The position numbers and the translations under genes were made by a program. The notes under the pieces were generated by a model. That model made no database searches, was not told the DNA's origin, and worked only from the letters and a program-made list of their open reading frames with translations. A stretch of 41,773 nucleotides of DNA from Octopus bimaculoides (Eukaryota). Of the stretch, positions 1-10,451 are shown piece by piece; position 1 is the first letter of the stretch; each line of letters begins with the position of its first letter. Location: positions 33,860,446-33,902,218 of the forward strand of contig NC_068988.1 of assembly GCF_001194135.2 (NCBI RefSeq). The letters run 5' to 3'.

Positions 1-49
<49 letters not shown>
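1..49. repeat. (AG)n microsatellite, truncated by the window edge
   Basis: Pure AG dinucleotide run seen directly. Confidence 0.95.
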
Positions 50-52
<3 letters not shown>

Positions 53-406
53 GTTGGTAAGCACACATTCCTCTCTGTATATTTGTTTAAATGTGTATCA
101 CGTGAGTGTGTCTGCGTGCACGAGCGTATACCTGTGTTTGTTTCCATCTGCATTCACTTACCCGACGTTGGAGCTCTGGTGTTGATCGTACATTTCCTGT
201 TTATTACTTTGTCCGTATGAATAGCGTCTTTGAGGCTGTGTGAAATAACAGGCCTAGCATATGAAAAATATTCGTAGTCTAAAGGGTGAAACAAAAGCGC
301 AAGCTCTGACGCCAGAAAAGGTATGGGTTGTAAAGCTTAACCTGAATAATGTATTTGTCTAACTTATGATAGCATAGAAAAACTCACATAAAAGCAAACG
401 TGTATA

Positions 407-940
407 TAGTATTGCCTTTATATACGAGTTACTTTGTTCCCGAAAATTCGTAAAGTAGAACAATAATTTCCCTTAGTAGCAATGTTATTAATCGTAATTT
501 GTTCCCAGAAAAATATTTTACCTATAAAATTTATAATACTCGTAAATAAATGGCAGTAAAATAACAGTAGAATGTAAAGAATACTTTATGTAAATTAAAA
601 AGAATGTCAAGATCATGTATAATAAAAAAAATATAATGATCGTTTTTTGAATAACTTTCACTCGCACTAGACTCACACACACCATCAATTGTAGAGGCCG
701 TCGATGATTCACAAGCACTCGTAGACGGACTTGTAAATTTCTTTCTAAAAAAAACAGTTTAGAATTGTTTGCTTATAAGAAGCTTTTTTAAGTTCTCTAT
801 AAATGTCTCGCAGAAGCATTTGTTATGGTAGTTGGAACTTTTGGATTTTCTTCAAAATTTGGATCTTTATATTCATTGTAAAATAAAATTCGTAAACCTG
901 TGTCTTTTAAACCGGGTCCTCGTAAGATGAGGTATTACTG
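407..940 (-). mobile_element. Non-autonomous pogo/Tigger-family DNA transposon (MITE-like deletion derivative)
   Basis: The right end reads CAGTAATACCTCATCTTACGAGG on the minus strand, followed by TA (941-942). The degenerate left end is TAGTATTGCCTTTATATACGAG after TA (405-406); 17 of 24 positions match by eye, counting the TA. The minus strand at about 745-820 translates as LRDIYRELKKASYKQTILNCFF, resembling the Tigger transposase C-terminus. CAG-x-x-x-x-CCTC termini and TA TSDs are typical of pogo/Tigger. Confidence 0.7.
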
Positions 941-2265
941 TACATTTCTAAAACTATAGAAGTGCAGAGCGTCGTTTCGTTAGTTTTTCAAGTATTAGTA
1001 AATATATCCCAGATGTATATAAGGCTACGTGATAATCGGATTTTATTTGCAACTAGATTGTTCTTTTCCATTCCGATCTGAGACATCTTCATTGAATAAA
1101 CTCGTATTTGATGATAGACCGAATCGCAAGTCGCATACTTAATGTGTTGTTTTCTTATCAGCCTTGAAGTTTCTGACAGATTGTATATGATGCTGCATTA
1201 ACTCCTGTAATTTCTGCGAGAGGAATGTTTCTTCTTCTAAAGACTAGATGTTATTAATACTTCCGACTGAAATTCGGTAGGCGAGAACTGACCGTGTATA
1301 TATACTTGCTGGATCTATCGTGTATGTGTGTGTGTGTGTGTGTGNNNNNNNNNNNNNNNNNNNNNNNNNNNNNNNNNNNNNNNNNNNNNNNNNNNNNNNN
1401 NNNNNNNNNNNNNNNNNNNNNNNNNNNNNNNNNNNNNNNNNNNNNNNNNNNNNNNNNNNNNNNNNNNNNNNNNNNNNNNNNNNNNNNNNNNNNNNNNNNN
1501 NNNNNNNNNNNNNNNNNNNNNNNNNNNNNNNNNNNNNNNNNNNNNNNNNNNNNNNNNNNNNNNNNNNNNNNNNNNNNNNNNNNNNNNNNNNNNNNNNNNN
1601 NNNNNNNNNNNNNNNNNNNNNNNNNNNNNNNNNNNNNNNNNNNNNNNNNNNNNNNNNNNNNNNNNNNNNNNNNNNNNNNTATATATATATATATATATGC
1701 ATATACATACATACATATACACACACATACATGTATATATATAATTCAAATTTACAGAAAACAAATGTTTAATGATTAATAGTTCAAGATGACATGGCCA
1801 AAGGTGTAGGAAGAAAGTTAGCTTGAAGCAATCCGTAGGAAATATAAAATTCAACTTTCAGGGACAATACTGACTTATTGAGACGAAAGGTTGTGCACTC
1901 TTTTCGTATCAAATTTCGATAATCTCAGGGAAGTTCTTTTTTACATTTCACGGTAGGCGACCAGGTTTGCTGGATGGGCGAATAAGAATACAAGTGTTAA
2001 CGAAAGGAGTAGATAAAATTCGGGTTACATATTTTTCATAGTGAGCAGAACCTTATAAGACGTAAAGAGCCATGCGCGATGTATACTGCAGGCCACACTT
2101 CAGGCCAAGGATACCATGATTAAATGAAAGTTTACATTGTTGCAAGGCAGTACATATTAGCTCATGGCAGATTAACTCAGAAAGTGATTTAATATACATA
2201 TAAATACATAAATGTATGTGTATATGTGTGTGTATGGGTGTACATGCATATGTATATAACTAGCA

Positions 2266-2267
2266 GC

Positions 2268-2357
<90 letters not shown>

Positions 2358-2680
2358 GCAGATAGGTAGACAGGCAGGTAGGTAGACAGGCAGGTAGGTA
2401 AGTAGGCAGGCAAGTAGGTAGGTAGGTAGATACGTAGGTGGGTAGGTAGGTAGGTAGGTAGGGATGTAGGGAGGGATGTAGGGAGGGAGGNNNNNNNNNN
2501 NNNNNNNNNNNNNNNNNNNNNNNNNNNNNNNNNNNNNNNNNNNNNNNNNNNNNNNNNNNNNNNNNNNNNNNNNNNNNNNNNNNNNNNNNNNNNNNNNNNN
2601 NNNNNNNNNNNNNNNNNNNNNNNNNNNNNNNNNNNNNNNNNNNNNNNNNNNNNAGGTAGGTAGGTAGGTAGGTAGGTAGG
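2266..2680. repeat. Compound tetranucleotide microsatellite (GATA)n to (GGCA/GGTA)n to (GGGA), spanning an N-gap at 2491-2653
   Basis: Seen directly; the source of the YLSI/YLPT low-complexity ORFs. Confidence 0.9.
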
Positions 2681-5422
2681 TAAATAGTTAGATGCCATTG
2701 ATAATGCTTTAGGTACAGATATATCAGCATAGGATACTACCATCTTTCGTTCGTCCGTCAACGGAGTTTTCTGCGTCTGGTTCGACACTAACTTGTTAAT
2801 GCCACAGTCAGCAATTCAATGGATTCTTACAAAGCAACGTCACTATTGCCCGCGATTTCCGAGAAAAAAGTGACTAACAGATAAATACTTATTATCAATA
2901 ATGACTGCTTAGTTTGAACTTTTGCTTGTTCTGGTTTCTCAAAGCGAATATTAGAGAGACTTCTAGCAAACATTCAACATTAATAAGTAATATCTTAAAT
3001 CTACATCCACTATTGAGTCTTTTGTGTTCATTGAGTGTTTAGTGTATTTAAGTATACAAGTATGCAAAACAAGTTATTAAATATGTTTATGTCCATTTCT
3101 GTGTGTGCAAAGTTTATGTGTGTCACACTGTGTATCAAGCTGTTTGTCTGTTAGCCTTTATATGTATGTGAGCGTTTAGAAGTAGATATAAGCAGCTGGT
3201 ATATCTATGTAAATATAGCCATCTTGAGACGTAATACATTTTTATTTTGTTTTGTTTTTTTTAATATTTTCCGACATTTATATTCATTAGATGCATATTA
3301 ACATAGACATGTATATTCATGTGTTTGTCATTTGTGCCTGTGTAAGTATAAATGAATATATCTATACGTATACGACTGTAACTCTGTAAGGTTGTCTGTA
3401 TGGGTATAATAAATATAAATATATGCGTACATTTGAAGTTGATATGCATTAATACTTTGAATTTATTTTATCAAGAATCTTACGTCGAGTTTGTCGTATG
3501 TAATATGATAATTAAATCTTTTATTCGATTCAATATTCTCCAGACTTCTTTATACCGTAATTGCGAACTCCTTCCATATTTTATTGCTGTAAAAAATATA
3601 GGTGTTACATATTTCCATGTAAAAGCAACCATTTCGATATCATTCGTGTTAGTATTTTGTTTTCTGATTTTTATATTTTCTCTCGTAGATGTTTGTGTAA
3701 TTTTTCTTCGCAATATGCCTTACCTTTCAGCAAATAACTATATCAAAACGTCTTGAAGTCTTATATTGCGCAAAAACATTATAAAGTAATATAGACTTGA
3801 CGATACTAATTATTATTCATACTTATCATCAAAAAGGATGGCTTTGTCATTATGCTTTAACGTAGTTATCTATAATTCTAACACAAGGTATACCTACGTG
3901 TTACTAAAAAAACTGAATATCGTGTCTTGATGTTTTTTCCATACCGCTAATGTAGTCTATGTGCAATGTCGTTTTTGGTACATTTTGTATGAAATCGTTA
4001 TATCACTACTTTTTTTAATCCTTTTTTCTTTTTCTTTTTTTCTTCTGTTATTTATTGAGAAAAGTCTACAAAATTTATGGAGTGTTGTAATGGCACAGAA
4101 AACAAGAATATGCTTCCTGTGCAAAAAGTTTATATGTTGATTACAGGCTGATAAAAATAATTGGAAGTAATTCATGATTATGATAAAATTTAGTTGTATT
4201 ACTTCACGATTTTCTTAGTTTAAATCCTGTCATTGTCTGATCTGTTATTCTTCTGGAGTCGAGAAAATGAAACTACGAGAGATGTATGAGGATAAAAACT
4301 AATCGAATCTACATCTCTCCCAAAATTTACGGACTTGTTTCATTGTTAGAAGCTATTTTTTTTGTAATGGTGACCAAGAAGAAAAAAAACTACTTAGCGA
4401 TATTCCTTCTCGTTTTACTCTCTGAGTCCAAATGCTGCCACAGTAGACTTTGCATTTTACGGTTTCGGATTGATAAATTAATTACCGATTGGTGATTGTA
4501 GTTGATACAATCGACTCGAATAATCGAATTGCACTCGAACAAATAATTCAGGCTTTGATCTTATAGAAGACAGAATTATTTTTGTTGTGATATTTGTAAA
4601 TGGAAAAACATCGTTTCGTAGCTTACAATTTGACATCAAATTTCTTGCTTTGCACCTAGTAATCTTAGTTTTAGTTTTACCATTTTACAATTAAATCCCT
4701 TTAGATAATTTTTTCAAAGTTTATTAACTGAAATTGCCTCTTCGAAAAATGGGAGAAAAGGGCATAACAGGACTTCTCACATCGAGGTTGAAGATATATT
4801 TTCAAAAAGCCACAATGAACATAATTTGCCACGCTACCTCTGCCTGCTAGAAATACTAGCAACAACAACAGCAGTGACAAGCAAGACAACTAGATCATTG
4901 AATCAAACATGACATCTACCAGTTCCATCATCAGCACAAACTTCAATACAATAACGACAGTAAATACAGAGGATGGCAAACGAAATGGAAATAGGCTTGC
5001 GTATCTATACAGAAAACTGGAGGTTGGGTGAATAACTTAGAAATGCCAAATTTCATCATTGCAAAAATGTCTGAATAATTTATCTAAACAGTGCATCAAA
5101 TTCAATACGTAACCTAAACCTGAACGATATTATAGAAATGAATTCAACTCAAAGGGAATGGATTTAGTGAGCAATTCAGACCGAGATTGAAAAGTTCATA
5201 AGCTATCCTGGGGCATGAAATCCTACGACACCGCAGAAGAGGTTTGACACAGTGAAAACAACGTTTCATATTAAACACTCGACGAATGATTTTTTTTTTT
5301 TTTTTTTTGAAATCTCTATAATGCGAAGATCTGTTCCTGAATTGCAACACTTTTCAGTCGGAGAGATTTAAAAAGAATGTAGCTGAATTACAACCAGTCA
5401 GCTACTAGGAAGGAACCGTCAC

Positions 5423-6701
5423 GCTGAGTAAAACAATTTTGAGTTGGCAATGTTTTGAAACATGAAATTCATCTCAATATATTTCAAATATGCAGAAATG
5501 TTACTTATCAAAATAAGTACCGTTATAATCAACACGTTTTTGCCAACGAGTTACGAGTTTGTTTATTCCAGTAACATAGAAATCTGGGGTTCTGGAGCTG
5601 ATGAACTCTTTCAACCTATTTTCAGTATCGGTTTGATTTTTGAACTCCTTCTCTTGCAGGAGACTATAAAGGTGCTTGAAAAAGTGGTAGTCAGTAGAAG
5701 AAAGGCCTGGGGAATGAGTGGGGAAGGTCCTTGTAGTCATGTTCTCTCAAGTTCTGGAGCGTCATTAGTGAAACGTGCGGTCGAGCATTGTCATGAAGGA
5801 ATGGCCCTCTTATGTTGACCAATCTGGCACAGAAGAGTAGCGGTTTGTCGTTGAATTTGGCAATCAATTTCATGGTAATATGTTCTGCAGTAATGGGTTT
5901 TCCGGGTTTTAACTGGTTATAGTTGATGAGACTAACAGTATACCACCAAACAGTCAACATGACCTTCCTTTTGAAGAGCTCGGTTTTAGTGACAGTTTTC
6001 GGTGCTTCATTTTGGTCCAGTCACTGCGAAGAACATCTTTTTTTTAATTATTGTACAGAATCCACTTTTCATCGCAACTTACAATACGTTCGAGAAATGG
6101 ATCGGTCAGATTACGGAGAAGCGACGAGCAAATTTCATATCTGCGCATTTTCTGATTTTCATTCAAATCGTGTGGTACCCATTTGTCGAGCTTTTTTGAT
6201 TTTCCGATCGCATGCAAATGGTTTCAGGCTGTTTTCTTGAAGTTCTTTTTCCAGTTCTCGAGTAGTTGTACGTGATTGTTTTTTACTGACAGTCTTTATT
6301 TGACCGTCATCGATGACAGATGGACGTCTACTACGCTCACGATCTTCAAGGCCCGGGTCTCTACTGCGAAATCGTTTAAACCATATTCGAGCTGACCACT
6401 CACTTGTCATTTCCTAAACAAATGTTTCGTTCATACCGCGAGCAGTTTTAGCTGCTTTACGTCCTTTTTTCAAGTTGAATAGCAAAATTGCTCGAATATC
6501 ACCCTTTCACAATTCCATTTCAGATGATTGTAACAACCGTGAAAAAATATAACTGTAAATTTACTGATTCATTTGGGCAAGTCTATGTCTGTGTTATCAG
6601 ATAATTGCAAAAACATGTTTTAAAAAGCTTTCAAAACTCTGCGAAAATCGGGTACAAATCCTTCGTGGTTCAAAACGTTGCTTACTTTTTACTCAACCTA
6701 A
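5423..6701 (-). mobile_element. Near full-length decayed mariner element (Hsmar1/cecropia-like, DD34D)
   Basis: The minus-strand 5' end is TTAGGTTGAGTAAAAAGTAAGCAACGTTTTGAA with TA at 6702-6703, similar to the mariner TIR TTAGGTTGG..AAAAGTAA. The other end near 5423-5460 is only a partial, degenerate match. Length is about 1.28 kb, as expected for mariner, and it contains transposase remnants. Confidence 0.9.
5501..6518 (-). pseudogene. Mariner transposase pseudogene with stops and frameshifts
   Basis: The ATG at 6518 gives MEL*KGDIRAILLFNLKKGRKAAKTARGMNETFV*EMTSEWSARIWFKRFRS (HTH). It continues with EDRERSRRPS, FLHDNARPHVS and PHSPGLSSTDYHFFKHL (variant of YSPDLAP.DY.LF). It ends INKLVTRWQKRVDYNGTYFDK* at 5501. 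Confidence 0.92.
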
Positions 6702-7270
6702 TAATTTTCCGAACAGATCATGAAAACAACAAAACCTTCCCTGAATTCATCAAACTCTGAAATAGCTTTCAGTTATTCATAGCAATTGAAGGCAGAAGAT
6801 AAAATGCCATATTATATGGTGACACAAACAATGAATATTACATGCACCACAGAAAAAAGTTTGAAGAAATGCCCTTCAGCTGCTTTAACACAACAGAAAT
6901 ATCAACAACAACAGGAGAAAGGTTATCAGATACACCAGAATTCTAAGTACAGAAGCACCAAAGGAACGACCAGAAAGCTCAGCTTCAGTATCAACAGAAC
7001 CTAGGAAAATATTAAAGAGACACTACCCACACAATTCAACCAGTCAACCAGATTATATACATAAACACAGGCATTTCAATTCCGCATTTATCCCCCTTCT
7101 CCAACTACATATCTCCCCCTACCCGAAAATCTCTTTCTGAGGGAATCAATTTGAAAACCTCAGAAGAATGGAAACGTATATAGTGAGGAACAAAAAATAC
7201 AGAAAATGAAAAATATTGCATTAGACAAGGAGTTGACAAAATGTTACGACCATCGACCCCCACCCTCTTT

Positions 7271-7385
7271 AGAACTACTCCTTCCGCATCGAACCCCTTG
7301 AGCTACTTCTTCCCTATCAACCTCTATAGCTACCTATCCTTCCATATCAATCTCTATAGCTACTTCTCCTTTCCCATCGACCACC
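7271..7385. repeat. Imperfect minisatellite, about 4 units of 27-30 bp (AGCTAC...CTATCAA.CTCTAT)
   Basis: Units begin near 7271, 7301, 7328 and 7358 and share AGCTAC and C(T/C)ATC(A/G)A. Confidence 0.6.
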
Positions 7386-7388
7386 CTA

Positions 7389-7467
<79 letters not shown>
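7389..7467. repeat. (ATT)n(AGT)n compound microsatellite
   Basis: Seen directly, immediately 5' of a SINE. Confidence 0.9.
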
Positions 7468-7469
7468 AT

Positions 7470-7690
7470 GCGGTGAGCTGGAAGAATCGTTAATAGCCCG
7501 GGCGAAGTGCTTAGCGATATTTCATGTCTTCACATTCTGGGTTCAAATTCCTCCGACGTCGATTCTACCTTCCATCCTTTCAAGGTCGATAAATTAAGTA
7601 CCAGTGAAACACCGGAGACTACATTATCGACTAGTCACCTCCTACTAAATTTCAAGCCTTGTGCCTATAACAGAAATGATTATTATTATT
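7470..7690 (+). mobile_element. tRNA-derived SINE, full length (octopus-type family)
   Basis: Head GCGGTGAGCTGG.AGAATCG (A-box-like) and B-box GGGTTCAAATTCC. The central block CCTTCCATCCTTTCAAGGTCGATAAATTAAGTACCAGT resembles the conserved Meta-type SINE domain (from memory). It has an (ATT)n tail, and seven more copies occur in the window. Confidence 0.85.
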
Positions 7691-8611
7691 AGCAGTAGTG
7701 GTATTAGCAGCAGCAGCAGCAGCAGCAGTATTAGTAGTAGTAGTAGTAGTAGTGGTAGTAGTAGTATAAGCGGTAGTGATGGTGATTTTATTTTAAGCTT
7801 GTCATTATTGCTAGATATGGTGTAATTGACCTCGAAACTAAAATTTGTTTTACTATAATAAAACCTCATTTCCAGCAATAATCAATACTATGAAATGACT
7901 GAACCGTAGCACACCTCTCCACCTGAAAATAGCCGTTAGAAAAACATGAAATTTAATTTATTTTTCTGCAGTATCATGGCTAAGGTTGAAGCCATAAATT
8001 ATATTCCTTTTTACAGCTGAAACATGGCAGGCACTAGGCATCTCAAAGCATTGAATCCAAACTGTGAGCAATCAATGAATAAAAAACGAGAAGACAAAAG
8101 TAGAAAAGAAAAAGATAAAATGCACCGATCAAGTTAGTTGACTGTCTACAACCAAATGTTAGATCTATTCATCTCTCTTAACCTTTAAAGACATAATATT
8201 CTTCGTCTTGGAAACATATTGAGTTTTCAATAATAATTCAAGCTTGAACAATTGCTAAAATATTGCGTTATTTCAGCATTGAACAATTATTCACACTTTA
8301 CAAAACCTTTAACAATTATTTTCTCATTACAATACTACAGAATAAAAAAAAAATAATAAATGCGTACAACACTTCCAAAGAACGAAAAACATCGTACACG
8401 AGATGAAAGTCGTAAAAGTAAGTGACGGAGGAATAAAAAACGACTCCTAGAAGTAAATATGTCGTGATATCAAGTTATCGAGGCATCAACGACCTAGCGC
8501 GGATCCTTCAAACTCAGTATACTGAGACAAAGGTTCTAAAGTGCTATAGCGTGTTCTTAAGCAGGGAAGTAGATTAGCTCTTTGAGGGTTGTATTATTTA
8601 ACTCATGACAA

Positions 8612-8810
8612 AATATTCTTCTCCACTCTAGACACAAGGCTGGGAATTTTGGGGAAGGTGACCAGTCGATTAGATCGACCCTAGTACGCAACGGGTATTT
8701 AATTTATCCACCCTTAAAGTATGAAAGGCAAAGTCGCCCTCGGTAGAATTTGAACTAAGAACGTAAGCGTTTCGCCCGGCGTGCTAACGTTTCTGCTGGC
8801 TTGCCGCCTT
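8612..8810 (-). mobile_element. tRNA-derived SINE copy with a short internal deletion
   Basis: The reverse complement starts GGCGGCAAGCCAGCAGAAACGTTAGCACGCCGGGCG and contains GTTCAAATTC and GACTTTGCCTTTCAT...GATAAATTAAATACC. Confidence 0.85.
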
Positions 8811-9626
8811 GACCATGCCAAAATATTAACTGAAAACAGCCTGTATTCATCCTCTATTAAGTTTTCATTTTTTCAGCCTCCAAGATGTGCCCATGCTACG
8901 AGAGCAATATTGAGAATTTATATTGCTTCACAAATGTTCGTATCATCCTTGCTCCTTGGCTATGATAATATTCTCTATATCATGTATCATTTCAATTTTA
9001 GTATGTATACTGCCAAAGTAGAGAAGAATGCATACACACATTCACACAGACAAATCTTACACTTATATTAACGCTTGTGCTTATATAAAAGTATACCGAT
9101 GAGAACACATGTTAACAAACACATATTGGTCTAGAATAGATACACGATAAATCAGTCCACTCCGAATCACCGTTACTAGACAATCAAATATTAGGTTTTT
9201 ATAGACTTACAACTTCTAATTCATATAAGGTGGGTCAGGGATCGAATTCAGAAACCATTTAATACCGTACTTTCTGATATCTCACCCTTCTTACTCTTAC
9301 TGATGCAAATACAACTCCACAAACTTTCATTTCGAGATACAGCACGTATCACAGCATACTGTATGATTTGGACAGCAATTGCTAATATGCAATGGCCTGT
9401 GCGTTACACACACACACATACATGCATGCATACATGCATACACTGTGGGTGTTAAAATTCCATGAAGGAGCTTTGAACCTAGGTTAGAAAACGATACTTT
9501 CTCTATTGGCAAGAAATTTTGAAATAAAGTGAATGACATATATACATACATACATGTGTGTGTGTGTGTGTGTGTGTGTATTTATGTATGTATATGAGGA
9601 AGTTCAGTATAACATAGGTTTCGAAT

Positions 9627-9806
9627 TTTGGCACAAAACCAGCAATTTCGGGGAAAACGGTAAGTGTTCAGCTGGTACATACTTTAGCGACCCTGAAATG
9701 ATAAAAGGCAATTCGACCTCGGTGGAATTTGAACTCAGAAAGTGAAGACTAAGAAAGCGTCACAAAGCATTTTGCCCACTGTTCCATTGATTCTGCCAGC
9801 TTGCTG
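9627..9806 (-). mobile_element. tRNA-derived SINE copy, more diverged
   Basis: The reverse complement contains CAAGCTGGCAGAATC, TGAGTTCAAATTCCACCGAGGTCGAATTGCC and GTACCAGCTG. Confidence 0.75.
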
Positions 9807-9865
9807 TTTTCATGTTAAATATAATATTAAAGATTATCAAACTGTTATTGCTATCAATTTACTCG

Positions 9866-10451
9866 GGATCTTTTTTAAAACGGGGGCCACATTTTTCATT
9901 AATGTTTTACGTAGTGTTTTTGGTACCGAAAGACTTTCAAACTTCGTATACTTATCTATTTTGTGTTATAGAACAGAAAAATATTTTTGTATTCGAATTT
10001 ATTTCATGTAAAAAATTGTCTTATTTCGATAATTTCAACCAATCACTGACAACTATTCAGTTGTTTACATTTACTCCTTTCGCTGATTAAGCCATAGCTT
10101 CGTTTTATTTGCTTTTTTTATTTTCTTTTTTTTTTCTTCGTTTTATTTGCTTTTTTCTTTTAACATTTGCTGTTTTACCCTAACCCTAACTCTAACCCTA
10201 TCACCGATAGAATTGTTTCAGAATCGTTTGTTTATGTAGTCGGCACTTAATGTATATCGGCTGAATGGACGTTAGTGATTGGTTGAAATTACAGAAATAC
10301 GACAACTTTAACATGGAATAACTTAGGGATTTCTTTTTTTTTTAAAGAAGACTAAGAGAAAAAGATGTTTTATATGACACATTCTACCAGTGTTCCAAGT
10401 TTCAAAGTGTTTCGTTAATGAAAAATGTGGCCCCCGTTTTAAAAAAGATCC
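9866..10451. mobile_element. Non-autonomous TIR element, probably Merlin-like MITE
   Basis: Perfect 37-bp TIR GGATCTTTTTTAAAACGGGGGCCACATTTTTCATTAA at 9866-9902 with its reverse complement at 10415-10451. The 8-bp flanks TTTACTCG (9858-9865) and TTTACTTG (10452-10459) differ by one CpG-type change. GG termini with an 8-bp TSD fit the Merlin superfamily. No ORF. Confidence 0.75.

Noticed and set aside
6705-7130. Possible Penelope ORF remnant (for example RKILKRHYPH)
   Set aside because: The similarity is too faint and fragmented to call without a profile search.
7135-7185. Hammerhead-like CTGAGGG...GAAACGTATATAG
   Set aside because: The core lacks A9, no stem II forms, and CTGAGG is sequestered in an 8-bp hairpin TTCTGAGG/CCTCAGAA. 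At best a dead relic.
7470-7560. SINE heads as tRNA genes
   Set aside because: They have A/B-box-like motifs but no cloverleaf and continue into SINE body and tail; no true tRNA or rRNA gene was found.
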